Shown piece by piece: positions 40,362-51,954 of a stretch of 64,000 nucleotides of DNA. The position numbers and the translations under genes are program-made. The notes below the pieces were generated by a model that worked only from the letters and a program-made list of their open reading frames with translations, had not been told where the DNA came from and did not search any database. The first letter of the stretch is position 1. Each line of letters starts with the position of its first letter. The stretch comes from an uncultured delta proteobacterium (GTDB lineage Bacteria > Desulfobacterota > Desulfuromonadia > Geobacterales > Pseudopelobacteraceae), in NCBI GenBank assembly GCA_963772835.1, contig CAVYYZ010000008.1:192001-256000 (forward strand). The letters are read 5' to 3'.

Positions 40362-41618
40362 GTGCCGTCTTCACTGTACCCCATTCCACAATTATCTCTC
40401 AATGAAATCAATCAACTACGTCTGATCGAATCCAATCGCCGTGAGTATGGTCTCCAGTACAACCTCTTGACCTTTGCCGACAGTGAGCGGCTGGCGGCAG
40501 CGAACGCAGAGCGCCGGGAACTGCTGCAGTGGCTTGCCCGGCACGCCGCTTTCGGGTATGCCGGGACCAAGGTGGATTGCAACGGTCTCTCCCCCGGCTG
40601 CAGGCACTGCGGCGATGGCGGCTGGTCCTGTCTGTTTGTCAACGGTCGCTGTAACGGGCAATGCTTTTACTGCCCCACGTCACAGGATGATGGAGGGCCT
40701 CCGGTTACCAATGGTCTGGTTTTTACCGATCCGGACGACTATGCCGATTATGTGGCCACCCTCGGTTTCAGTGGTGTCAGCATCAGCGGCGGCGAGCCGC
40801 TCCTGACTCCTGATCTTTCTCTCTCCTTCCTGCGGGCAGTGCGCAAACGGTGCGGAAACAACGTCCATCTCTGGCTTTACACCAACGGCACCATGCTTAC
40901 TGCCGATCTTTGCAGCAAACTGAAAGATGCAGGCCTGGACGAGATCCGCTTCGACCTGGGGGCGGTCCGCTACAATCTTAAAAAGCTGCGGCTTGCGATC
41001 GGCCGCATCCCGACGGTGACAGTGGAGATCCCGGCGGTGCCGGAGGATGAGGAACTGTTGAAGCTGAAGATGGTTGAAATGGCCGAGGCCGGAGTCAAAC
41101 ACCTCAACCTGCACCAGATGCGGCTGACACCGCACAACTTCGGCCCCTTGACGGCGAGAGGCTATACCTTTCTTCATGGCGAGAAGGTGACGCTGCTGGA
41201 TTCGGAATTGTGTGCCTTACGGATGGTTCGTTTCGGTCTTGAACAGGATATTCCACTGCCGGTGAACTACTGCTCTTTTACCTACAAACGGCGCTTTCAG
41301 CTTGCGGCCTCACGGCGACGTGCGGCTTTGAAAATCTGCGGCTCCGGCGAGACCGTGACCGAGCCAGGCTTTCTGCGGACTCTTTCCACAACCGGTGTCG
41401 GTTACAGCGAAACGGCTCTCATGCAAAGCCCCAGCTATCGTGCCCCTTTTGACAAAATCGTACTGGCAAGCGGACGCTCACTGTATCTTGAACGACGACA
41501 GCTGCCACTTGAACCGGAGCTGTCACGTGCCGAACTGGCCGCCCTGGAGGCAGGCGATCCGCCGGACAGGTTGGCCTGTTATGAGCGGATTGAGAGCGGA
41601 TTGGCCGAGTATTTTTAA
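40362..41618 (+). CDS. Radical SAM protein
   Basis: CNGQCFYC motif, LSPGC..C, SGGEPL, LYTNG, GLDEIRF. Confidence 0.9.
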   Translation: MPSSLYPIPQLSLNEINQLRLIESNRREYGLQYNLLTFADSERLAAANAERRELLQWLARHAAFGYAGTKVDCNGLSPGCRHCGDGGWSCLFVNGRCNGQCFYCPTSQDDGGPPVTNGLVFTDPDDYADYVATLGFSGVSISGGEPLLTPDLSLSFLRAVRKRCGNNVHLWLYTNGTMLTADLCSKLKDAGLDEIRFDLGAVRYNLKKLRLAIGRIPTVTVEIPAVPEDEELLKLKMVEMAEAGVKHLNLHQMRLTPHNFGPLTARGYTFLHGEKVTLLDSELCALRMVRFGLEQDIPLPVNYCSFTYKRRFQLAASRRRAALKICGSGETVTEPGFLRTLSTTGVGYSETALMQSPSYRAPFDKIVLASGRSLYLERRQLPLEPELSRAELAALEAGDPPDRLACYERIESGLAEYF

Positions 41619-41690
41619 CAGTGCAGAGAAGAATCCCGGGATGCTTTCGTAATTAATATAGGTGGAAGCCCGGCCGCACCCAGTCCACTC

Positions 41691-43041
<1,351 letters not shown>

Positions 43042-43170
43042 CCGGTTTCATCCGGAAAGGGAGCTTTCCCTCCCTGGCTGTGTCAATCTGCGAGATTCCT
43101 TGCCAGAACAAAAAACTCCTCCTTTCCGGTTGGAACATAACTAATACAAACCATTACAGGAGATCAAGCC

Positions 43171-44229
43171 ATGTACAATGCCAAAGCTTATTCCGCTGCC
43201 AGTGCCACATCACCGCTGGCATCCGCCACAATCCCGCGACGCGATGCGACCGAATACGACGTGCAGATTGAAATCCTCTTCTGCGGCGTCTGTCACTCCG
43301 ACCTTCACACGGTCCGCAACGAGTGGAGCAGCGTCATGCCCACGGCCTACCCCTGTGTGCCGGGTCACGAGATTGTCGGCCGGGTCACCGCGGTCGGTTC
43401 CGCAGTGACGAATTTCAAACCGGGCGATCTTGCGGGCGTCGGATGCCTGGTCGATTCGGACCATACCTGCCCCAGTTGCAAGGACAGTGTTGAACAGTTC
43501 TGCCACAACGCGACCTTTACCTACAACTCTCCGGACAAACATCTCGGCGGCGTCACCTACGGCGGCTACTCCGACAGCATCGTCGTCGATGAACGCTTTG
43601 TACTGCGTGTCCCGACCAACCTGAATCTTGCCGGGGTCGCACCGCTGCTCTGTGCCGGTATCACGACCTATTCGCCCATGCGTCGCTGGGGCGAAATCAA
43701 GGGGAAGAAGGTCGGTGTGGTCGGCCTCGGCGGGCTGGGGCATATGGGGGTCAAGTTTGCCCGTGCCTTCGGAGCCCATGTCGTTGTCTTCACCACCTCG
43801 CCCGGCAAGAAAGAGGATGCGCTCCGTCTGGGCGCCCACGAGGTCATCATATCCACCAACACCGAAGAGATGCAGAAGCACGCCGGAACGTTCAACTTTA
43901 TCCTCGACACCATCGCCGCCGAGCATGACATAAACGCCTACATCAACATGCTGAGCCGTGACGGCAACATCACTCTGGTCGGCGCCCCTGAGAAACCGCT
44001 TGCCGTTTCCTCCTTTGCTCTCCTGTTCGGCCGTCGCAGTCTCTCCGGATCGCTTATCGGCGGCCTCAAAGAGACCCAGGAGATGCTTGACTTCTGTGGC
44101 GGGCACAATATCACTTCCGATGTCGAAGTCATTCCCATCCAGATGATCAACGAAGCCTATGAGAGACTGCTCAAGTCCGATGTGAAATACCGGTTCTCAA
44201 TCGATATGGCTTCTCTGAAATCTGAGTAA
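43171..44229 (+). CDS. Zn-dependent NAD(P) alcohol dehydrogenase (YahK/CAD-like)
   Basis: CGVCHSDLH, GHEIVG, LLCAGIT, GLGGLGH, VKYRF. Confidence 0.95.
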   Translation: MYNAKAYSAASATSPLASATIPRRDATEYDVQIEILFCGVCHSDLHTVRNEWSSVMPTAYPCVPGHEIVGRVTAVGSAVTNFKPGDLAGVGCLVDSDHTCPSCKDSVEQFCHNATFTYNSPDKHLGGVTYGGYSDSIVVDERFVLRVPTNLNLAGVAPLLCAGITTYSPMRRWGEIKGKKVGVVGLGGLGHMGVKFARAFGAHVVVFTTSPGKKEDALRLGAHEVIISTNTEEMQKHAGTFNFILDTIAAEHDINAYINMLSRDGNITLVGAPEKPLAVSSFALLFGRRSLSGSLIGGLKETQEMLDFCGGHNITSDVEVIPIQMINEAYERLLKSDVKYRFSIDMASLKSE

Positions 44230-44239
44230 ATGGACGGGA

Positions 44240-44288
44240 ATAATCCCGGGATACCACACGTAAATCACGGGCGGCCTTATGGCCGCCT
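44240..44288 (+). repeat. Composite repeat with GGCGGCC hairpin
   Basis: ataatcccgggataccacacgtaaatcacgggcggccttatggccgcct. Confidence 0.7.
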
Positions 44289-44412
44289 GTGCTGTTATGA
44301 GATAGAGATACCCCGTGAGCAGACATTCCACTCATCCGGACAGATACAGTCTTGACAGGAAGGTGGTAAGAACGTATCTGAGGGTAACATATTGTTACTG
44401 AGGAGTTGGTAA

Positions 44413-44922
44413 ATGTCATGCATCGTACCGATTGCCGGCGGGGCTGCTGAGCGTGAGGCGGCAGTTACGCGGGAGGTTGAGAAGTTAAAGCGGCGGATCA
44501 TCTGGAATGAGCGGGCCGGAGGCGACAGCTGGCGGAAGATATCCTTCCTCTACCGGACGGCGGACCGGTTCGGCGGCCGCATTCTTGACCATTCCTTCTG
44601 CCGGGGGGAAATAGGGGCGAGCGGCTGCTCGACCGGCTGCTGCTGCCGCTGCCGGCCCGATGTGTTCGCCTATGAGCAGGAGGTGCTGGAGCTGCTGCCG
44701 AAGAGGCTCGATGCATCCGGATACTGCCCTTTTTTCAATCTGGTCAAAAAAAATTGCGGCATTTATGGCGTAAGGCCGTTTGCCTGCCGGATTTACTTCA
44801 ATTTCGGTTCGACAGATCATTACTGCCGTAATCCGAATGATGCGACCCTGCAGATGTTTGATAATCTCAAGCCTCATCTGGAGAGGATTCTGGGGGCCTA
44901 CCGGGGAGGGTATGCCGGCTGA
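44413..44922 (+). CDS. YkgJ-family Cys-cluster protein
   Basis: GCSTGCCC, CPF, CGIY..RP..CR.Y. Confidence 0.8.
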   Translation: MSCIVPIAGGAAEREAAVTREVEKLKRRIIWNERAGGDSWRKISFLYRTADRFGGRILDHSFCRGEIGASGCSTGCCCRCRPDVFAYEQEVLELLPKRLDASGYCPFFNLVKKNCGIYGVRPFACRIYFNFGSTDHYCRNPNDATLQMFDNLKPHLERILGAYRGGYAG

Positions 44923-45153
44923 CGGACCGGCTGAAGCAAGGAGCTCCAAAGCGAAATCCGGGGCCAGCAACGTGATTCAGAAGGCGGCTAATGGCACGGC
45001 ATCGGGGACGTAGCTGCTGTATTGCTTTCGGCACGAGGTCCGGTTGACTTTGCTGCCGGCGGTTATCAGCACAATACCGAAATAAGCAGGGACAGTTACC
45101 GGGCCATCTGCTATGGTGTCTGTGTAACAGTCCCTATGGATAGGAGAACTAAT

Positions 45154-45414
45154 ATGCCGGTGCATATTCGGCTGATAATTGTGTTGTCTTTTCTGGCCAT
45201 GCTCATTGGCTGCAGCAAGCTGACAATGGAGAACTACTCTAAAATCAAAATGGGCATTGAGTACCCCGAAGTGATAAAAATCCTCGGCACCCCCGACAGC
45301 TGCTCGGAGGCGCTGTTTGTAAAGAACTGCGTCTGGGGGGACGAACAGAAAAACATTACGGTAAATTTTGCGGGTAGCAAGGTACTCCTTTTCACCAGCA
45401 GGAACATCAAGTAG
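45154..45414 (+). CDS. Small lipoprotein (DUF3862-like)
   Basis: Lipobox LIGC; ENYSKIKMG..Y.EV..ILG.P. Confidence 0.8.
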   Translation: MPVHIRLIIVLSFLAMLIGCSKLTMENYSKIKMGIEYPEVIKILGTPDSCSEALFVKNCVWGDEQKNITVNFAGSKVLLFTSRNIK

Positions 45415-45500
45415 GAAAGTCTGTGTCGAGACCCGAATACGAGGGTGGGCTGTTGTGACGTGCCCGCGTCGGCAGTTCTGCGTGTCTGTACTCACCGTAG

Positions 45501-45580
45501 TTGACAATAACATCGCAGCCGTGCCATAAAACAGCCCACGCACGTGAAAGCCGCTTCTGTCTGATGAAGCGGCTTTTATG
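45501..45580 (+). promoter_or_regulatory. Promoter + short leader + terminator-like hairpin (copy A)
   Basis: TTGACA..TGCCATAAA..aagccgcttc-tgtctgat-gaagcggctttt; homologous to 48165-48240. Confidence 0.55.
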
Positions 45581-45627
45581 TTTGCCAGCACCCCGTTGAA
45601 CTAATTACATCGTCGCCGGAATCCATT

Positions 45628-46149
45628 ATGAAAATACAGAAGTTGATAATCGGGAACCGCCCCAAGGTCTACGCCCTGCTGCAGAGCGCCTTTCCCGGCA
45701 GCACCCATGAAACCCTGCTGGTGCAGAAACTCCACGAGAACAGCAGAACCGTATATGAATGGGTCTGCATCCATACCAACAAGGCCATCGCCTACATCGC
45801 CTTTACCCCTGCCTATAACGGCAAGGACATCTGCGGGCTGCACCTCGCGCCCATGGCCGTTGCCCCCGATTTTCAAAGGCAGGGGGTGGGTTCGGAACTG
45901 CTCCGCTTTGCTCTGCGTCAGGAGGCGGTCAAAGACCAGCCCCTGTTTGTCCGTGGTGAACCGGGTTATTTCCAGAGGTTCGGTTTTGAGCTCTGTACTC
46001 TGCCGCTCTGCCCGTTTGATTCCGGCAACGCGCATTTCCTGAGTATGCGCAACAGTGTCGCCGCCGGTTTCACAGTCAGGTATGAACCCGAGTTTATGGC
46101 TGCGGCCATACCACCGGGCACGCCGGGCAGGAAGCGTCGGAAACGGTGA
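45628..46149 (+). CDS. GNAT N-acetyltransferase (YhbS-like)
   Basis: LAPMAVAPDFQRQGVGSEL, G.PGYFQRFGF. Confidence 0.88.
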   Translation: MKIQKLIIGNRPKVYALLQSAFPGSTHETLLVQKLHENSRTVYEWVCIHTNKAIAYIAFTPAYNGKDICGLHLAPMAVAPDFQRQGVGSELLRFALRQEAVKDQPLFVRGEPGYFQRFGFELCTLPLCPFDSGNAHFLSMRNSVAAGFTVRYEPEFMAAAIPPGTPGRKRRKR

Positions 46150-46301
46150 GCAACTGTCGGCCATCCGTGACGGTATGCCCGGCACGTACACTACGGAAAA
46201 GTCAGAACGGGTCTCGCGAAATACTGAATGGTTCCTGGAAATAGAGTGCGGATACGGTCTTTTCCTTTTAACTTCATCCCGCAGTGTGCTATTCTAGCTA
46301 G

Positions 46302-47648
46302 TTGCACAAATTCAGCTGCCCCAGAGGCAATAGCTTGTTGACAAAACGAAGGGTAAAACTGGTTCGAAAGTTCAATGTTTCGCCGCACCTCTGGCAGCGC
46401 CGCCTCGTTTTCTGGGGCGGAGCAGTCATGGTAGGGTGTGTCGCCTCTCTCTTCTCCATCGGGAGTGAATATGCCAACCATTACTTTCACAAGCTTTTGG
46501 AAGTTTCACCTTACCTCCCATTGGCCATTACCCCGATAGGGCTGGCATTGGTGGTATACCTGACCCAGAAATTCGTTCCGGGCGCGGAGGGAAGCGGTAT
46601 CCCGCAATGCATAGCCGCCATCTCCCTTGAGACGCACGAAGAGCGAAGCAAGCTGCTTTCAGTACGAATCGCCATTGGCAAAGTTTTTCTGACTCTCCTG
46701 TCGCTTCTGGCCGGGGCTTCGGTCGGCAGAGAGGGCCCAACCGTTCAGGTGGGCGCATCCATCATGTATTCCATGTCCCGTTTTGCCCGTTTTTCGCGGA
46801 CTGATCTGGAAAAGGGGCTGATCCTTGCCGGTGGAGCCTCCGGAGTGGCCGCGGCCTTTAATACGCCTCTGGCCGGGATTGTTTTTGCCATCGAAGAGAT
46901 GAGCCGCTCTTTCGAGGAGCGGACCAGCGGCACCATGATCACCGCCGTGGTTATATCCGGTGTGGTTTCCCTCCACTTTCTCGGCAACTACACCTATTTC
47001 GGCCACACCTCGACCTCCATTCCGCTGAACGCCAGCTGGCTGTCGGTTATCGTCTGCGGATGCATCGGCGGATTGCTGGGCGGGGTCTTCAGCCGTATGC
47101 TGGTGTATGTGTCCTCCTACGGATTGCCTGGCGTAACCGGAAAACTGATGCGAGCCAGGCCGGTACTGTTTGCCGGACTTTGCGGTCTTGTACTGGCATG
47201 CATTGGCCTTGCATCGGGCGATCTCACCTACGGTACCGGCTATCAGGAAGCCAGGGGAATCATCGAGAGTTCCGGGGAGGCTTCACAAGCCTACGGCATC
47301 CTTAAGTTCCTGGCTACGGTGGTTTCCTATCTGAGCGGCATTCCGGGCGGAATCTTCGCACCATCGCTTGCAATCGGAGCAGGTTTTGGACATAATCTTG
47401 CCGGCCTGATCCCCTACGCAACCCCCGGCGGCGTTGTAATGCTTACCATGGTGGCGTATTTCTCGGGAGTTGTTCAGGCGCCGATAACGGCTTTCGTGAT
47501 CGTTATGGAGATGACCGACAATCACACCATGATCCTGCCGCTCATGGCCGCTTCATTCATCGCATCTGCCATCTCTAAAAAAATATGTCCGCAACCGCTC
47601 TACAAGTCGATGGCAGAACATTTTCTTCGCAAGCCTAAAGTATCCTGA
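46302..47648 (+). CDS. ClC-family Cl-/H+ antiporter
   Basis: GSGIP, GREGPTVQ, AFNTPLAG, GGIFAP; start uncertain. Confidence 0.92.
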   Translation: MHKFSCPRGNSLLTKRRVKLVRKFNVSPHLWQRRLVFWGGAVMVGCVASLFSIGSEYANHYFHKLLEVSPYLPLAITPIGLALVVYLTQKFVPGAEGSGIPQCIAAISLETHEERSKLLSVRIAIGKVFLTLLSLLAGASVGREGPTVQVGASIMYSMSRFARFSRTDLEKGLILAGGASGVAAAFNTPLAGIVFAIEEMSRSFEERTSGTMITAVVISGVVSLHFLGNYTYFGHTSTSIPLNASWLSVIVCGCIGGLLGGVFSRMLVYVSSYGLPGVTGKLMRARPVLFAGLCGLVLACIGLASGDLTYGTGYQEARGIIESSGEASQAYGILKFLATVVSYLSGIPGGIFAPSLAIGAGFGHNLAGLIPYATPGGVVMLTMVAYFSGVVQAPITAFVIVMEMTDNHTMILPLMAASFIASAISKKICPQPLYKSMAEHFLRKPKVS

Positions 47649-47664
47649 TGTTTGTAGACGGAGA

Positions 47665-47723
47665 TAATTCCGGGGATATACTTCCAACAACTAAGGCGGC
47701 CAATGTGGCCGCCTTAGTTGTTG
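47665..47723 (+). repeat. Composite repeat with GGCGGCC hairpin
   Basis: aattccggggatatac..caacaactaaggcggcc-aatgt-ggccgccttagttgttg. Confidence 0.85.
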
Positions 47724-47789
47724 CTGAAGCGTTATTCATACAGGCCGCCCCGGGTTTCCCCATGGCGGCCTGCTTCTTCGTGAGTAGTT

Positions 47790-47990
47790 TTAAACTCTCA
47801 TTACATTCGCGGCCTGAAGCCCTTTCGGACCCTTGGTTACTTCAAACGTGACACTATCTCCTTCAACAAGAGACTTGAACCCGTCGCCTGCGATTGCGGA
47901 GAAATGGCAAAATACATCATCGCCATTTTCCTGCTCAAGAAACCCAAAACCCTTGCTGTCGTTAAACCATTTAACTGTTCCGTTTACCAT
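47790..47990 (-). CDS. csp: Cold-shock protein
   Basis: [30 protein letters not shown]. Confidence 0.96.
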   Translation of the reverse strand: MVNGTVKWFNDSKGFGFLEQENGDDVFCHFSAIAGDGFKSLVEGDSVTFEVTKGPKGLQAANVMRV

Positions 47991-48164
47991 GTGTACTTTC
48001 TCCTGATCCTGCTGCTCGATTTAGTCTGATATGTGTCAGACAATATGCCATAAGGCGCTTCTAAACGGGAGAAGTCAATCCGAAAATCATCGCAGTGAAG
48101 AATACCGGGGAATCGTTGTCTGAATTCTGAAGGAGTTCAGTACGGCTTCTGTTTCGTACCAGCG

Positions 48165-48240
48165 TTGACAAAAACAGCGCAGCTGTGCAATACAACAGGT
48201 ACGTAAGGAGAACCGTTTCCGCCAGATGAAGCGGTTTTTG
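48165..48240 (+). promoter_or_regulatory. Promoter + short leader + terminator-like hairpin (copy B)
   Basis: TTGACA..TGCAATACA..aaccgtttc-cgccagat-gaagcggttttt. Confidence 0.55.
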
Positions 48241-48296
48241 TGTTCTTGTGTTTTTGTGCTGAAATAATGAAATGATGAAAAAACCGGAGACTGAGT

Positions 48297-49559
48297 GTGG
48301 ACAAAAGAAAACAAATACTGGTAAGAAACAAGAGAATAGCGACTGGATTGATGATTGGCGCCGCGGTACTGTTTGTGGTCGCACGCTCTCAGAAGGGTCT
48401 TGGCGCCTGGGAGTGGCTGGCCGCATTTGCGGAAGCGGCCATGGTCGGTGCTCTGGCGGACTGGTTTGCGGTCGTGGCGCTCTTCCGTCACCCGTTGGGT
48501 GTGCCGATCCCGCATACGGGTATTATTAAAAACAAGAAGGATGCCATTGCCGGAAATCTGGCCGGTTTTATCCGTGACAGGTTTCTTGCCAGCGATACCC
48601 TGATCGCCAAAATGAGAGAGTACAACCCTGCCGGACATCTTGCCGCCTACCTGATGTCGCGGGAGAATGCCGCCGGTCTGGCCAAAGGGTTAACCCGTGT
48701 CTGTGCCGACTCCATGGATTTTATCGATGACGAGCGGGTGCAGCAGTTGTTGAGATCCGCTCTGAGTAACCGGGTCGAAAATTTCGACATTTCCACGTCC
48801 GCCGGAATGATTATTGATTCCCTGACAAAAGACAATCGGCACCAGATCGTGCTCGATGACCTGTTGCACCGCTTTGCCGGGTGGCTGGCAACCGATGACG
48901 CACAGACACGACTGGCCAAAGCCATCGAAGACATGTGTGCCAGGGAATATCCGCTGCTGATTGCCTTCATTCCCAACCGGGATCAGTTTGCCCGGGGAGC
49001 GGGAGATAAGATTGTTAAAAGGATCAACGCCTATATTCAGGAAGTTAATGCCGATCCCGCTCACGAGATCAGGGGCAGCTTTGACACTGCCGTTGCTGAT
49101 TTCAGCGCCCGGCTGAAGACCGATCCGGAGCTGCGGAACAAGGTCGAGGCGATCAAGCGTGACGTTGTTCATACCCAATCCATAGCCGATTATGCGAGGA
49201 GCCTCGGCACCGATCTAAAGAGCTGGCTGAATGCTGACCTGTGCCGGCCGCAGTCGAAGGTGCAGGAGAAGATCATGGCCGCGATTACCGGTCTCGGTGC
49301 GACACTGTCGCACAACCGGGGGTTGAAAGATTCGTTGAATGAACATCTTGAAACGCTGGTGCTCCGCTACGGTGACACATTGCGGAGTGCGATTGCCGGT
49401 CACATTTCCGGTACGGTGCAGCAATGGGAAAGCGACGACTATGTCAGCGAAATCGAGCTGAGCATCGGCTCCGATCTGCAGTTTATCAGGATGAACGGCA
49501 CCCTGGTCGGCGGCGTTATCGGCCTGCTCCTGCATGCTGTCTCGCTGCTGCTCGTGTAG
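48297..49559 (+). CDS. DUF445 membrane protein
   Basis: EAAMVGALADWFAVVALFRHP, DLQFIRMNGTLVGG. Confidence 0.92.
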   Translation: MDKRKQILVRNKRIATGLMIGAAVLFVVARSQKGLGAWEWLAAFAEAAMVGALADWFAVVALFRHPLGVPIPHTGIIKNKKDAIAGNLAGFIRDRFLASDTLIAKMREYNPAGHLAAYLMSRENAAGLAKGLTRVCADSMDFIDDERVQQLLRSALSNRVENFDISTSAGMIIDSLTKDNRHQIVLDDLLHRFAGWLATDDAQTRLAKAIEDMCAREYPLLIAFIPNRDQFARGAGDKIVKRINAYIQEVNADPAHEIRGSFDTAVADFSARLKTDPELRNKVEAIKRDVVHTQSIADYARSLGTDLKSWLNADLCRPQSKVQEKIMAAITGLGATLSHNRGLKDSLNEHLETLVLRYGDTLRSAIAGHISGTVQQWESDDYVSEIELSIGSDLQFIRMNGTLVGGVIGLLLHAVSLLLV

Positions 49560-49695
49560 CTGCCAACTTCGTCACGAAGCTGAAAAAGAGACATTCATGA
49601 TCGGTGGCCCCGGTCCGGTGTATCGTTCTGTCTGGTTGATAGGGTCTCCGGAGTCTCGGGGCTGCTGCGAACACATGCGTAAGGAGAAATTCAAA

Positions 49696-49944
49696 ATGAA
49701 GATCCGCAAGAAAATTCTGGACTATGAGTATGAAGAGGTGCTTGACACCAGAACCCGCGAACTGATCCGGGTCGGTTGTGCCATTGCCGTAGGGTGTCCC
49801 ACCTGACTGAAGAAGCACTTCGCGGTCGCGAAGGAAGCCGGGGCAACAAAAGAGGAGCTGCGCGAGGCGATCGCCTATGGCATCATAGCCCCTTCGGGGC
49901 GTGCCAAAAATTTTGCCTTGGGCATGCTGGATGAGGTGGAGTAA
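49696..49944 (+). CDS. AhpD/CMD-fold selenoprotein (C-P-T-U; in-frame TGA at 49804-49806)
   Basis: AAGGAG RBS; ..RELIRVGCAIAVGCPT-TGA-LKKHFAVAKEAGATKEELREAI..; hairpin CUUCGC-GGUC-GCGAAG 11 nt after UGA. Confidence 0.88.
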
Positions 49945-50136
49945 GCAACGGGGCGAATTCCGCAATCGTATTACCGGACGACGGTACATGGACGGAAACA
50001 ATCTCCGGATGTGTCAGTACCATCGGAAATTAAATCCGGTACCGGCGCTCCCTGGCAATCTGGTCTTGACTGGTCCGACCTTTTCTGGAATACTCCGCAG
50101 TGTTTTGTCAAATAATTGTTTGAGGAGATGAACACC

Positions 50137-50928
50137 ATGAAGAAACCGCTGTTGCTCGTGTTATGCCTCGTTTTGTCGCTGTTTACCGTTAATTCCTTTG
50201 CCGGTGACGGCTCGTGGGACAAGGTTAAAAAGGATGGTAAGCTTGTTGTCGGACTCGACGATTCATTTCCTCCGATGGGGTACCGTCAGGCTGACGGGAA
50301 ACTGGTCGGCTTCGATATTGATGCTGCAGAAGAGGTCGGAAAACGCCTCGGTATCAAGATTGAATGGCAACCGACCGCCTGGGACGGGGTGATCCACTCT
50401 CTGGACGCCAAAAAATTCGACTGCATCTGGAACGGTATGACCATTACCGAGGAGCGTGCCGCACAGGTCGCCTTCAGCAAGCCGTATATCATGGATGGTC
50501 AGATCGCAATCGTCAATTTCAAGGATAACCGTTTCAAAAGCCTCAAGGAGCTCAAAAACTTTAAAGCAGGAACCCAGAAAGGCTCATCCGGTATTCAGGC
50601 GGTCAAAAAACTTGCCAGCGCTCCGACAGAACTGAAAGAATACGAGGACTATCCCAAAGCGCTGCTTGATCTGGAAGCAGGTCGAATCGACGTGGTTGTC
50701 GTCGACAATGTCACCGGTCGTGACATGATCGCCAAACGTCCCGGTAAATTCAAGCTCATCCCCGGCATGATCAGCAAAGAGCCGTTCGGCGTGGCTTTCC
50801 GCAAGAACGACAGCGACCTTCGCGGGAAAGTTCAGCAAACCCTGGACAAAATGGTCAAGGATGGTGCCATGGCCAGGATCTCCCGCAAATGGTTTGCAGA
50901 AGATCTCACAAATCCCAAGAAATTTTAG
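50137..50928 (+). CDS. Polar amino acid ABC transporter substrate-binding protein
   Basis: FPPMGY, GFDID, WNGMTIT.ER, FSKPY. Confidence 0.93.
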   Translation: MKKPLLLVLCLVLSLFTVNSFAGDGSWDKVKKDGKLVVGLDDSFPPMGYRQADGKLVGFDIDAAEEVGKRLGIKIEWQPTAWDGVIHSLDAKKFDCIWNGMTITEERAAQVAFSKPYIMDGQIAIVNFKDNRFKSLKELKNFKAGTQKGSSGIQAVKKLASAPTELKEYEDYPKALLDLEAGRIDVVVVDNVTGRDMIAKRPGKFKLIPGMISKEPFGVAFRKNDSDLRGKVQQTLDKMVKDGAMARISRKWFAEDLTNPKKF

Positions 50929-50943
50929 GCTAAGAAGGTTTCG

Positions 50944-51954
50944 ATGACATATTTCTGCAGCAGGGCCTTTGTGGCCCTGCTTTTTTTATGTATTCTGGCT
51001 GGAAACAGTCTGGCTTCGGTTGATTATGACCACCTTTTCCGCCAGTCCAGCGATTTGATGGCACAGGGAGATCTCGACGGTGCCCTGGCGCTGCTCAAAC
51101 AGGTGCCGACACCTGCCGCCGGTGAAGAAGCCGGACCTTTCGTCTCCAGTCGCATGCAGGCAGCCCGCATCCTTGCCTCGCAAAATGCCACGGGTAAGGC
51201 AATTGTCGTCTGCCAGGAAGTATTGAAACTGTTCCCCGATAACAGCGAGGCGCGCAATTTTGTCGCAGCATTAAAAGATCAGCTTAAGCCCGTCTGGCAC
51301 ACCGTTTTGTCTGATACCTTGCGTTTCCTCCCGTCGCTGGCCAAAGGCGCGCTTATGACTCTTATGCTGGTCAGCTGCACCATGCTGGTGTCACCTCTCG
51401 GTGGGTTGCTGATCGCGCTGGGGCGCATCAGTACTCTAGGGCCGATTTCAGGATTATGCTGGTTTATAATCTGGTTTTTCCGTGGCACTCCGCTGCTTCT
51501 GCAGCTGTTTTTCATCTATTATGGACTCCCCTCTCTCGGCATTGTCCTCTCGCCATTTACCGCTGCGGTAATCGGTCTCGGTCTGAACTACTCGGCGTAT
51601 CTGGGGGAAATCATCCGTGGTGCAATCCAGAGCATTGACCGTGGCCAGATGGAAGCTGCCAAGGCCATCGGCATGAGTTACGGCCAGGCCATGCGGAGAG
51701 TGATAATCCCGCAGACCTATAAACGCCTGATGCCCCCTGTTGGCAACGAGTTTATTGCCCTGATCAAGGATACGGCACTTGTCTCGACCATTGCCATGGT
51801 TGAACTGATGCGCGCCGCCGACCAGCTCTTTAATACCTATTTCAACATTACGGCACTGGCTCTGGCCGCCGTGATCTACCTGGTGCTGACGACCATCTTT
51901 ACCTTTATCTTCGAAAAGATCGAATACCGGGCAGGAATCTATGAACAGCGCTAA
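50944..51954 (+). CDS. Amino acid ABC permease with N-terminal periplasmic TPR-like domain
   Basis: FRGTPLLLQL, AY..EIIRG.I.SI..GQ.EAA.A.G; signal peptide plus helical N-extension. Confidence 0.9.
   Translation: MTYFCSRAFVALLFLCILAGNSLASVDYDHLFRQSSDLMAQGDLDGALALLKQVPTPAAGEEAGPFVSSRMQAARILASQNATGKAIVVCQEVLKLFPDNSEARNFVAALKDQLKPVWHTVLSDTLRFLPSLAKGALMTLMLVSCTMLVSPLGGLLIALGRISTLGPISGLCWFIIWFFRGTPLLLQLFFIYYGLPSLGIVLSPFTAAVIGLGLNYSAYLGEIIRGAIQSIDRGQMEAAKAIGMSYGQAMRRVIIPQTYKRLMPPVGNEFIALIKDTALVSTIAMVELMRAADQLFNTYFNITALALAAVIYLVLTTIFTFIFEKIEYRAGIYEQR

Noticed and set aside
45541..45580. Fluoride riboswitch near the ClC gene
   Set aside because: Lacks the GGCGAUG..UCGCC core; the ClC has canonical GSGIP/GREGP, not the fluoride-type motifs.
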